DNA from: Martelella alba
GTDB taxonomy: Bacteria > Pseudomonadota > Gammaproteobacteria > Enterobacterales > Enterobacteriaceae
Direction of reading: 5' to 3'
DNA length: 24,000 nucleotides
Assembly (NCBI RefSeq): GCF_005217455.1
Contig: NZ_SZPQ01000027.1
Span: forward strand, 31,932-55,931
A model generated the notes under the pieces. It was not told where the DNA came from, searched no databases, and was given only the letters and a program-made list of their open reading frames with translations. The position numbers were made by a program, and so were the translations under genes. The stretch's first letter is position 1, and each line of letters begins with the position of its first letter. Shown here in pieces: positions 15,990 through 22,827 of the stretch.

Positions 15990-16783
15990 AAAATAGTCTA
16001 AAAACAGTCGTGGCGGCTTCCGCCATACTGGTGTGCGTTCAATTTCCCGCCTTGGCCGATACGCTGCGCGTTGCCGCCGACCTGAGCTATCCGCCGTTCC
16101 AGTATCGCGACAGCCAGGGTAAGCCGGCCGGTTTTGAAATCGATATCACCAACGCGGTATGCGCCGCCATCGGCGCCAAGTGTCAATATGTCGCTGTTTC
16201 TTTTGATTCGGAAATCCCGGCGTTACTGGCTAAGAAAGTGGATTTCATTTCACCGCAGGGCGCCACGAAAAAACGGCGGCAGGTCATCGATTTCAGTCAT
16301 TTTATCTATCATATCCCCACCCAGCTGGTGGCGCGTAAAGGCAGCGGCCTGCTGCCGGATGCGGCAAAACTGCAAGGCAAGCGCATTGCCGTGCAACAGG
16401 GCACCATCCAGGAAATGTACGCTAACCAATACTGGGCGCCGCACGGGGTCGAGGTGGTGCCTTATGCCGATCAAGACACCATCTACCAGGATCTGGTCGC
16501 CGGACGGCTGGATGGCGCGCTCAGTCCGGCGGTAGCGGTGACCTTCGGTTTTCTCGCCAAGCCGGAAGGAAAGGATTTTGCGCTGGTGGGGCGGGAAGTG
16601 CGCGACAGTACCTTGTTTAGTATCGGATCGGCGTATGGGTTGCGTAAAGGGGATACGCCGCTGGAACAACGTTTAAACCAGGGGTTGGACAAAATAATGG
16701 CCAATGGCACTTGGGATAAAATCAAGCAGCGCTATTTTGGCGATATTGCCATGAAAGTCAGCGGCCAAGAGGATGCCAAATGA
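15986..16783 (+). CDS. Periplasmic polar-amino-acid-type ABC substrate-binding protein (family 3, HisJ/ArtJ-like), orphan
   Basis: 265 aa with a signal peptide (MKNSLKTVVAASAILVCVQFPALA). Motifs: YPPFQYRDSQGKPAGFEIDI, IPALLAKKVDFI. Its start overlaps the M20 stop (ATGA) and its stop overlaps the M28 start (ATGA). No permease or ATPase gene is in the window. Confidence 0.85.
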   Translation: MKNSLKTVVAASAILVCVQFPALADTLRVAADLSYPPFQYRDSQGKPAGFEIDITNAVCAAIGAKCQYVAVSFDSEIPALLAKKVDFISPQGATKKRRQVIDFSHFIYHIPTQLVARKGSGLLPDAAKLQGKRIAVQQGTIQEMYANQYWAPHGVEVVPYADQDTIYQDLVAGRLDGALSPAVAVTFGFLAKPEGKDFALVGREVRDSTLFSIGSAYGLRKGDTPLEQRLNQGLDKIMANGTWDKIKQRYFGDIAMKVSGQEDAK

Positions 16784-18474
16784 CGTCCGACGCCGCCGCT
16801 TTGCAGGGGGTGATGACCGATCTACTCAATGCGTTCACGGGACTTTCGCGCCTTTCCGGCACAGCGGAAGCCGAACGCGGCGTCGATGCGTTAATGGCGC
16901 TGTTGGCATATCACGGACTAACGGTCCGAAAGGAGATCTGCCGGCTTTGGCTAAGCGATCCGCTGGAGGGCGGTTTAACATTGCCTCGCTTTCCGGATTG
17001 GCGCTGCGCGGCGAAAACCCGTTCTTTTTCCGCATCCCGCCCCGATGGCGTATCGGCGGAACTCTATGACGACGGTCGCGCGCTGGCGTTTGTGCCCGAT
17101 GATGAACAACCGGCTTGGGAGGCGGCGGTGCGCGGCCGGATCGTCGTGGCCGATCAAGGGTTCGAGGATTATGTGCAACGGTTGATGCACGCCGGCGCCG
17201 CCGGACTGGTGCATATCTGGGGATCGGCAGAAGAGGCGCTGCATGAGGAGACGGTCGGTCCGATTTGGGGCTCGCCGGTACCGGACGATGCGGCCAGTTA
17301 TCCCACCTTGCCGGTTATCAGTATCAATCAGCGCAGCGGTGCCGAGTTACGGGTGTTAATGGCCGCCGGACCGCTTACCGCGCGGCTGACCACCCGCCTG
17401 GATGAACGCCTGGCGCAGTGCGGTTTGCCGGTGGTAGAGATCGGCGCAGATCTGGACGAATTCGTGCTGCTGTCCTCCCATTATGACGCTTGGCATGAAG
17501 GCCTGACGGATAACGCCACCGGCAATGCCCTGTGTCTGGCGGTGGCGGCGCATTTCGCTGAACATCGCGCCACGTTGAAACGCGGTTTGCGTATCGCCTG
17601 GTGGCCGGGCCACTCCAACGGCCGCTACGGCGGCTCCGCCTGGTATGCCGATAAGTACCGGTTCGAGCTGCAACAACGCTGCATCGCCCATATCAATGTT
17701 GACTCGCCCGGTTGTCGGGATGCTTTGCGCATAGTGATCAACGCCAGCGGCGCGGAAAACACCGATTTTCTTAACCGGGCGGTAAACGCCGTGACCGGCC
17801 GTCCGGCCCAGCGGATCGCGCCGATCGGCAAAGGCGGCGATCAATCGTTTTGGGGGTGCGGTATTCCGTTGCACTTCGCCCTGCGCGAAGAGCCCGAAAA
17901 GCGGGTCAGCCAATCACCCGGCAGTGGCGGGGGATGGTGGTGGCACACCGAAAACGACACGCGCGACAAGGTGGACGACCTCATTCAATGGCGCGATTGC
18001 GCCATTCATCTGCATTGGCTGGCGGAACTGCTTACCGCGCCTGATCTTCCGTTTGATGCGCCTGGTTATCTGCGCCGACTGCAACAGGAACTGGTTTTAC
18101 TGCAACGGGATCTGGATCCGGCGTTCAGCCTTTCGCGTATCGTCATTGAATTGGCGGCGCTGAGGAGCGCTTGTTTGCGCAGGCCGCCGGAACATCGCAC
18201 GCTTATCCGCTTGTTGGGGATTTTGCACCGGGCGCGTTATATGTCCACCGATGATTTTCATCAGGACAAAAGCTACCACGGCGGCGCTTTTCCCGGTTTG
18301 CAACTGCTGCGCCATCATTTACGGGCGCGCTGCCGGCCGCGAACCTGGCTGATGCTGGAGACGCAATATCGCCGTCAGCACGACCGTATCCTCGATTTGT
18401 TGCGCCAGGGCGCGGCACTGTGGCCGGATGACGGCTTCGAACAAGAAATGCCGGCGGTAATGCCCTGCCGGTAA
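16780..18474 (+). CDS. M28B-subfamily (glutamate carboxypeptidase II / transferrin-receptor-like) protein with PA and C-terminal dimerisation-like domains and a non-canonical active site
   Basis: 564 aa, no signal peptide. By eye it aligns with human GCPII:
- SSHYDAWHEGLTDNATG with GGHRDSWVFGGIDPQSG
- AHINVDSPG with AYINADSSIEG
- WWHTENDT with LYHSVYET
- LPFDAPGY with LPFDCRDY
- GGAFPGL with GESFPGI
The WDAEEFGLLGS segment is replaced by WWPGHSNGRYGGS. Confidence 0.7.
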   Translation: MTSDAAALQGVMTDLLNAFTGLSRLSGTAEAERGVDALMALLAYHGLTVRKEICRLWLSDPLEGGLTLPRFPDWRCAAKTRSFSASRPDGVSAELYDDGRALAFVPDDEQPAWEAAVRGRIVVADQGFEDYVQRLMHAGAAGLVHIWGSAEEALHEETVGPIWGSPVPDDAASYPTLPVISINQRSGAELRVLMAAGPLTARLTTRLDERLAQCGLPVVEIGADLDEFVLLSSHYDAWHEGLTDNATGNALCLAVAAHFAEHRATLKRGLRIAWWPGHSNGRYGGSAWYADKYRFELQQRCIAHINVDSPGCRDALRIVINASGAENTDFLNRAVNAVTGRPAQRIAPIGKGGDQSFWGCGIPLHFALREEPEKRVSQSPGSGGGWWWHTENDTRDKVDDLIQWRDCAIHLHWLAELLTAPDLPFDAPGYLRRLQQELVLLQRDLDPAFSLSRIVIELAALRSACLRRPPEHRTLIRLLGILHRARYMSTDDFHQDKSYHGGAFPGLQLLRHHLRARCRPRTWLMLETQYRRQHDRILDLLRQGAALWPDDGFEQEMPAVMPCR

Positions 18475-18661
18475 CGTGCAATCTCGTCGCAAAGGGTTCC
18501 CGGCGCGCAAGACGCCGTTTATGGCCTCAACCGGGCGCGCCTGGAATAACCGACAGTGCTATCATAACTTCGCCGTCGCCAGGTTAAGGCCCGCGGCGGG
18601 ACGGCCTGAGGGAAGGGGAGATGACCCGTTGTTCAGGTTTCATCAGTTTGAGGCGAGGATT

Positions 18662-20518
18662 ATGAGCGAAGGCACCACGGGCAGCGATGCCCCGTTCGGT
18701 ACGCTATTGGGGTACGCCCCCGGCGGCGTGGCGATTTATTCATCGAATTACGGTAGCCTGGATCCGCAGGATTATGCGGATGAGGCCGCTTTTCGCAGTT
18801 ATATCGATAACGAGTACATGGGGCATAAATGGCAGTGCGTGGAATTCGTGCGCCGTTTTCTGTTTCTCAATTACGGCGTTGTGTTCACCGATGTGGGCAT
18901 GGCCTACGAGATATTCTCGCTGCGCTTTTTGCGCCAGGTGGTCAATGACAGTCTGCTGCCGTTGCAAGCGTTCGCCAACGGCTCGCCCCTTGCGCCGGTC
19001 ACCGGCGCCCTGTTGGTCTGGCAAAAAGGCGGGGAATTCCGGCATACCGGTCATGTGGCGGTCATCACCCAATTATTGGGCAACAAAGTCAGGATCGCCG
19101 AACAAAATGTCATTCACAAACCGTTACCGCCGGGGCAGCAGTGGACCCGGGAATTAACGATGACTGTCGAAGACGGCCGTTATACCCTTCACGATACCTT
19201 TGCCGATACCGCTATTCTCGGCTGGATGGTTCAGACCGACGACACGCGTTACAGCCTGCCGCAGCCGTCGGTGCCAGGGGCGGCGCTGGCCCTGCGCGGC
19301 GAACGCCTGCCGGACGAGGGGCAATTCGCCGGGCACTGGCTGGATGAACGGGACCCGTTGCAAAAGGCCTATGTTCGGGCCAACGGACACGTCATTAGCG
19401 CGGATCCCTACTTGTATTTCACCATGACGGAGTGCGCCGAGCAGGAGCTTATTAAAGCCACCAATGAGCTGCATCTGATGTATCTGCATGCCACCGATCA
19501 GGTGCTGAAAGACGATAACCTGCTGGCGCTGTTCGACATCCCCAAAATTCTCTGGCCAAGACTGAGACTCTCTTGGCAGCGGCGCCGGCATCATATGATC
19601 ACCGGCCGGATGGATTTTTGCATGGATGAACGCGGCATCAAGGTCTACGAGTACAACGCCGATTCAGCGTCTTGCCATACGGAAGGGGGCCGGATCCTGG
19701 AACAGTGGGCCAAAAAAGGCGGCGTCGGCCCTGGCTATAATCCCGCCGAAAATCTGTTGGATGAATTGGCCGGCGCCTGGAAGCACAGCTTGGTACGCCC
19801 CTTTGTGCATATCATGCAAGACCGGGATCTGGAGGAAGATTACCATGCGCGGTTCATGTTGCAGGCGCTGGAAAAGGCTGGTTTCGCCGGGAAAATTGTC
19901 CATGGACTGGATGAATTGCGCTGGGATGCCGCCGGTCGGTTGATTGACGGCGAGGGCCGTCTTATTGATTGCGTCTGGAAAACCTGGGCCTGGGAGACGG
20001 TGATAGAGCAAGTACGGGAGGTGAGTGAAACCGAGTACGCCGCCGTCCCCATCCGCACGGGACATCCTCGCAACGAAGTGCGGCTGATAGACGTGCTGTT
20101 GCGACCGGAAGTCATGATTTTCGAGCCGCTCTGGACGGTTATTCCCGGCAACAAGGCAATCTTACCTGTGCTGTGGTCATTGTTTCCCCATCACCGTTAC
20201 CTGCTGGATACCGATTTCCAGGTGAATGCCGAACTGGCGAAATCCGGTTACGCCATCAAACCGATTTCCGGACGCTGCGGCAGCAATATTGATCTGATAA
20301 GCCGCCATGACGAGGTGCTGGACCAGACCTCCGGGAAGTTCATCGATCGCAAAAATATCTATCAGCAGCTTTGGTGCTTGCCGAAGGTGGCCGGTAAATA
20401 TATCCAGGTTTGTACATTCACGGTCGGAGGAAGTTACGGCGGCGCCTGTTTGCGCGGCGATGACTCGCTGGTCATCAAAAAGGAAAGCGATATCGAGCCT
20501 CTGATCGTTGTGCCCTAG
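18662..20518 (+). CDS. gss: Bifunctional glutathionylspermidine amidase/synthetase
   Basis: 618 aa from the ATG at 18662. By eye it is near-colinear with, and highly similar to, E. coli Gss along its whole length. Shared blocks are MSxGTT..DAPFGTLLGYAPGGVAIYSS, the CHAP Cys in HKWQCVEF, RMDFCMDERG, YEYNADSASCHTE and CTFTVGG.YGG.CLRGD.SLVIKKESDIEPLIV. The 62-codon upstream extension in the ORF track is not supported. Confidence 0.95.
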   Translation: MSEGTTGSDAPFGTLLGYAPGGVAIYSSNYGSLDPQDYADEAAFRSYIDNEYMGHKWQCVEFVRRFLFLNYGVVFTDVGMAYEIFSLRFLRQVVNDSLLPLQAFANGSPLAPVTGALLVWQKGGEFRHTGHVAVITQLLGNKVRIAEQNVIHKPLPPGQQWTRELTMTVEDGRYTLHDTFADTAILGWMVQTDDTRYSLPQPSVPGAALALRGERLPDEGQFAGHWLDERDPLQKAYVRANGHVISADPYLYFTMTECAEQELIKATNELHLMYLHATDQVLKDDNLLALFDIPKILWPRLRLSWQRRRHHMITGRMDFCMDERGIKVYEYNADSASCHTEGGRILEQWAKKGGVGPGYNPAENLLDELAGAWKHSLVRPFVHIMQDRDLEEDYHARFMLQALEKAGFAGKIVHGLDELRWDAAGRLIDGEGRLIDCVWKTWAWETVIEQVREVSETEYAAVPIRTGHPRNEVRLIDVLLRPEVMIFEPLWTVIPGNKAILPVLWSLFPHHRYLLDTDFQVNAELAKSGYAIKPISGRCGSNIDLISRHDEVLDQTSGKFIDRKNIYQQLWCLPKVAGKYIQVCTFTVGGSYGGACLRGDDSLVIKKESDIEPLIVVP

Positions 20519-20521
20519 CGA

Positions 20522-20557
20522 CCTGGGCGCCGGATGCGTTTTTGTGCCGGCGCCAGG
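20522..20557 (+). terminator. GC-rich stem-loop immediately after gss (candidate terminator, no U-tract)
   Basis: The arms are CCTGGGCGCCGG and CCGGCGCCAGG, giving an 11-bp stem with one bulged G, around the 13-nt loop atgcgtttttgtg. It starts 4 nt after the gss stop. Confidence 0.4.
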
Positions 20558-20622
20558 AAGATTAATGTTTCCTTAATCTGGTTATGAGAAAGTCTAGCGG
20601 CTCAGTCCAGGGGGAAACATTG

Positions 20623-20721
20623 ATGAATCGGATGTTGCAATATTCTTTCAAAGAATACGTTGCGGTACTCATTGGTATATTTGCCGTGATCAGCTTTCTC
20701 GGCTTGTGGTTTACAACCTGA
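20623..20721 (+). CDS. Candidate 32-aa single-TM small membrane protein
   Basis: Sequence: MNRMLQYSFKEYVAVLIGIFAVISFLGLWFTT. A GGGGGA SD lies 7 nt upstream of the ATG. The protein has a polar N-terminus plus one hydrophobic helix ending in an aromatic cluster. It is not in the supplied ORF track (too short). Confidence 0.35.
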   Translation: MNRMLQYSFKEYVAVLIGIFAVISFLGLWFTT

Positions 20722-20863
20722 ATTCAAGGCGGCGATGTGGCCGGGCCGTGTCGCGGCGGCCTCCCGCCGTAGCCTGTTGTCCGCCAACTCCGGCGATATC
20801 AGGAAAACCTGGCAATAGGTTAAGCTTACCTTATTTATCCGCCGGCGGGTTTTACACAACCTT

Positions 20864-21059
20864 TATACTTGTCATACTTCACGTTGCGTTTTTATTGGCC
20901 GCATTCGTTCACCCCAGTCACAGCGTTATCTATGCATCTGTGGATTTTGAGAGATATCCTGTCTTTCATCGCAACCCCCGCCGTGGGTGGTTCATATCCG
21001 TTCCGACGTCTGTGTTACTCGTTTGCCGCCGCGATGCAGCTCGAAGTATTTAGCGTATG
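20864..21059 (+). repeat. ERIC/IRU-type intergenic repeat, long form (about 196 bp, with internal insertion)
   Basis: The ends are tatacttgtcatacttcacgttgcg... and ...gatgcagctcgaagtatttagcgtatg. The internal gttcaccccagtcac matches the ERIC core (complement of GTGACTGGGGTGA). It carries the 47-nt segment shared with the copy at 21370-21567. Confidence 0.8.
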
Positions 21060-21153
21060 TAGAGAATTGATGCTAAGAAATAAGAAAATATGCTAATACG
21101 GCCAAGTCAAATCCAAAAGAATTGTGAACTTAAAGCACCGCTAATATGTAATT

Positions 21154-21180
21154 GGCCATCTTATGATGGCCCTTTTCCTA
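21154..21180 (+). terminator. Rho-independent-type terminator hairpin GGCCATC-ttat-GATGGCC followed by CTTTTCCTA
   Basis: It is a perfect 7-bp stem with a 4-nt loop and a T-rich tail on the plus strand. It lies 30 bp beyond the stop of the minus-strand 37-aa ORF and could act bidirectionally. Confidence 0.5.
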
Positions 21181-21210
21181 TTGTGTCATCATTTGGCTAC
21201 CTTGCGCCGT

Positions 21211-21324
21211 TTACGATAGCATACTCCCATAAACATTGAAGGCTATAATAGCGATAATGATAATCAGCACCAACCACCATTTCAATCCCAGCCCATAACG
21301 GGGTGTTCTATCGCGTTTCTTCAT
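21211..21324 (-). CDS. Candidate 37-aa small membrane protein (basic N-terminus plus one very hydrophobic helix)
   Basis: Sequence: MKKRDRTPRYGLGLKWWLVLIIIIAIIAFNVYGSMLS, hand-translated from the reverse complement. It has ATG and TAA, but only a weak SD (GAG about 11 nt upstream). It sits alone between two inverted ERIC copies. Confidence 0.35.
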   Translation of the reverse strand: MKKRDRTPRYGLGLKWWLVLIIIIAIIAFNVYGSMLS

Positions 21325-21369
21325 CGTAAGATGGCTCGTTAAATGTACTAAATCCCGTCCCCATTCAGT

Positions 21370-21567
21370 TGATACCCAAATAATTCAAGCTGCATTGCGG
21401 TGGTCGGTGGGCGACATCTTCACGGAAACGAATATGAACCACCCACGGCGGGGGTTGCGGTGAAAGACAGGATGTTGCTCATCGTTCCCATACGCATAGC
21501 CAACGATGCGCTTGAGGTGAACGAGCGCCGTCAACGAAGAGGCAACGTGAAGTATGACGAGTATATA
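21370..21567 (-). repeat. ERIC/IRU-type intergenic repeat, long form, inverted relative to the 20864-21059 copy
   Basis: The minus strand reads tatatactcgtcatacttcacgttgcc...gcaatgcagcttgaattatttgggtatca, which are canonical ERIC termini. It contains the same 47-nt internal core (21427-21473), with 2 mismatches to 20956-21002. Confidence 0.8.
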
Positions 21568-21660
21568 AATCAATTGAACAAATTACAGTAAAGATTGCTT
21601 AAGCCTTGTGTTAATGTCTTTTGCAGACCGCTACACTCCGGTTTCTCAAAAAGGAATGGC

Positions 21661-21729
21661 ATGATCAAATACCTGTTGACGGTCCCGTTAATGCTTCTGT
21701 CACTCATCTTCTTTTGTGGCTTTTTCTGA
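21661..21729 (+). CDS. Candidate 22-aa hydrophobic peptide
   Basis: Sequence: MIKYLLTVPLMLLSLIFFCGFF. An AAGGA SD lies 5 nt upstream of the ATG. It is almost entirely hydrophobic with an aromatic C-terminus, a composition like Ibs-type toxins or small membrane proteins. Confidence 0.3.
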   Translation: MIKYLLTVPLMLLSLIFFCGFF

Positions 21730-21882
21730 TGGGACGAATGTGGTCAACCTTGGCGCCAATTGACGGTAAACTTTGAGACCGTTTGGGTTGATTAAGACAG
21801 CATTTGCTATAGGCGGTTACGATGCAAAATAGAAAAAACGCTTAACGCCATGTCGGCCCTTACCAGGCAAGATCAAGGCTTC

Positions 21883-22809
21883 TCAATATTGCTGCAAGTG
21901 GACTGTTAGAGTTTGTCCGATATGCGTCAAGCGCTGCGCGATGGTTTTCAAGCGCGGGCTGGATGCTCGCTCCCGTGGCAGCCAGCAACCGAGCGCGCCG
22001 AGCACTCGGCCTGATTTTCCCCGCAACGCGCAAGCAATGCCGCATATTCCCTCGGCAAATTCCTCGTCTTCTACCGCGAAACCGTGGCGCCTTATTTGCC
22101 GTAAACTGTCCACCAACGCCGCCAGCGAATTTAGCGTGCGCGGCGTGAATGCCGTCAGTCCCTGGTCGGCCACTACCCGCGCGATTTGGACTTCCGGTAA
22201 CCAGGCCAGCATCGCTTTGCCGAAAGCGGTGGCGTGCGCCGCGCCAATACAATCTTCGGCCGATTTAGGGCGGTCGCGCAACACATGGCCGTTATCCTGT
22301 TGTGCAACCAGCACCAGGCTGGAGCCGGTAAATCTCGCCAGAACCATGGTCTCATCCAGATCCGTCGCCATACTGCGCAAATCGGGCAACACCAGGCCGA
22401 CCAAATCAAAGGTACCCTGATGGTCATAACGTAGCAGTGCCATGACCCCGTCGCTCAATGTATAACTGCGGTTATCGGCGTGGCGCATGACATAACGCCT
22501 GAATACCAGGGTATTAAGCAAATGGTGGCAAGTGGCGTTATTAAGCCCGCACACACTGGCAATTTGTTGCAGCTTCAGCGGTTGCGGGTGTGCGGCCAGG
22601 GTCTCGAGAATATCCAGCGCCCGGTTGACCGACTGGATTAGCGTCCGGTCATTAACCCGCATCTCGGGCACGGACATCGGCATTTTTCCGTCGTCGGCGG
22701 AGAAGGAGCGTTGTTCCTGCGCCGGCGGCAGCGGCGCCAATTGCGGAAAGATATCCTCCGGCTTGCGAGCGGCGGCGTGCCTATGAGGAAACCCCTCAGG
22801 TAATGACAT
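21883..22809 (-). CDS. IclR-family transcriptional regulator
   Basis: The wHTH is SVNRALDILETLAAHPQPLKLQQIASVCGLNNATCHHLLNTL and the C-terminal effector domain includes GFAVEDEEFAEGICGIACAL. The ATG at 22809 has an AGGAA SD but gives an unusually long, roughly 45-aa Pro-rich N-terminal extension. Internal starts at 22683, 22677 and 22662 are possible. Confidence 0.85.
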   Translation of the reverse strand: MSLPEGFPHRHAAARKPEDIFPQLAPLPPAQEQRSFSADDGKMPMSVPEMRVNDRTLIQSVNRALDILETLAAHPQPLKLQQIASVCGLNNATCHHLLNTLVFRRYVMRHADNRSYTLSDGVMALLRYDHQGTFDLVGLVLPDLRSMATDLDETMVLARFTGSSLVLVAQQDNGHVLRDRPKSAEDCIGAAHATAFGKAMLAWLPEVQIARVVADQGLTAFTPRTLNSLAALVDSLRQIRRHGFAVEDEEFAEGICGIACALRGKSGRVLGALGCWLPRERASSPRLKTIAQRLTHIGQTLTVHLQQY

Positions 22810-22827
22810 ATACGATTCCTGTTTAAG

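Noticed and set aside
16324-16589. Two Chi sequences (GCTGGTGG) at 16324-16331 and 16582-16589 on the plus strand, inside the binding-protein gene.
   Set aside because: Chi octamers are frequent in enterobacterial genomes. Two copies in 24 kb is not a notable excess, and I have no local evidence of a recombination role.
18476-18661. The 62-codon N-terminal extension of gss in the ORF track (start at 18476). There are similar upstream extensions at 879 (DUF1800), 6202 (uxaC), 7729 (GNAT), 10304 (GT2) and 14766 (M20).
   Set aside because: The homologous proteins begin at the internal Met. For example, the E. coli Gss N-terminus MSKGTT aligns with MSEGTT at 18662. Those internal starts have better SD sequences, and the extensions are Arg-rich, motif-free or overlap the preceding gene.
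20706-21096. ORFs of 115 and 75 aa on the plus strand, and 62 aa on the minus strand at 21385-21573. They share a peptide similarity (…ILVILHVA…PVFHRNPRRGWFI…).
   Set aside because: The similarity comes from translating the two ERIC repeat copies. There are no start signals, and the reading frames simply follow the repeat. I treat them as repeat DNA, not a paralogous gene pair.
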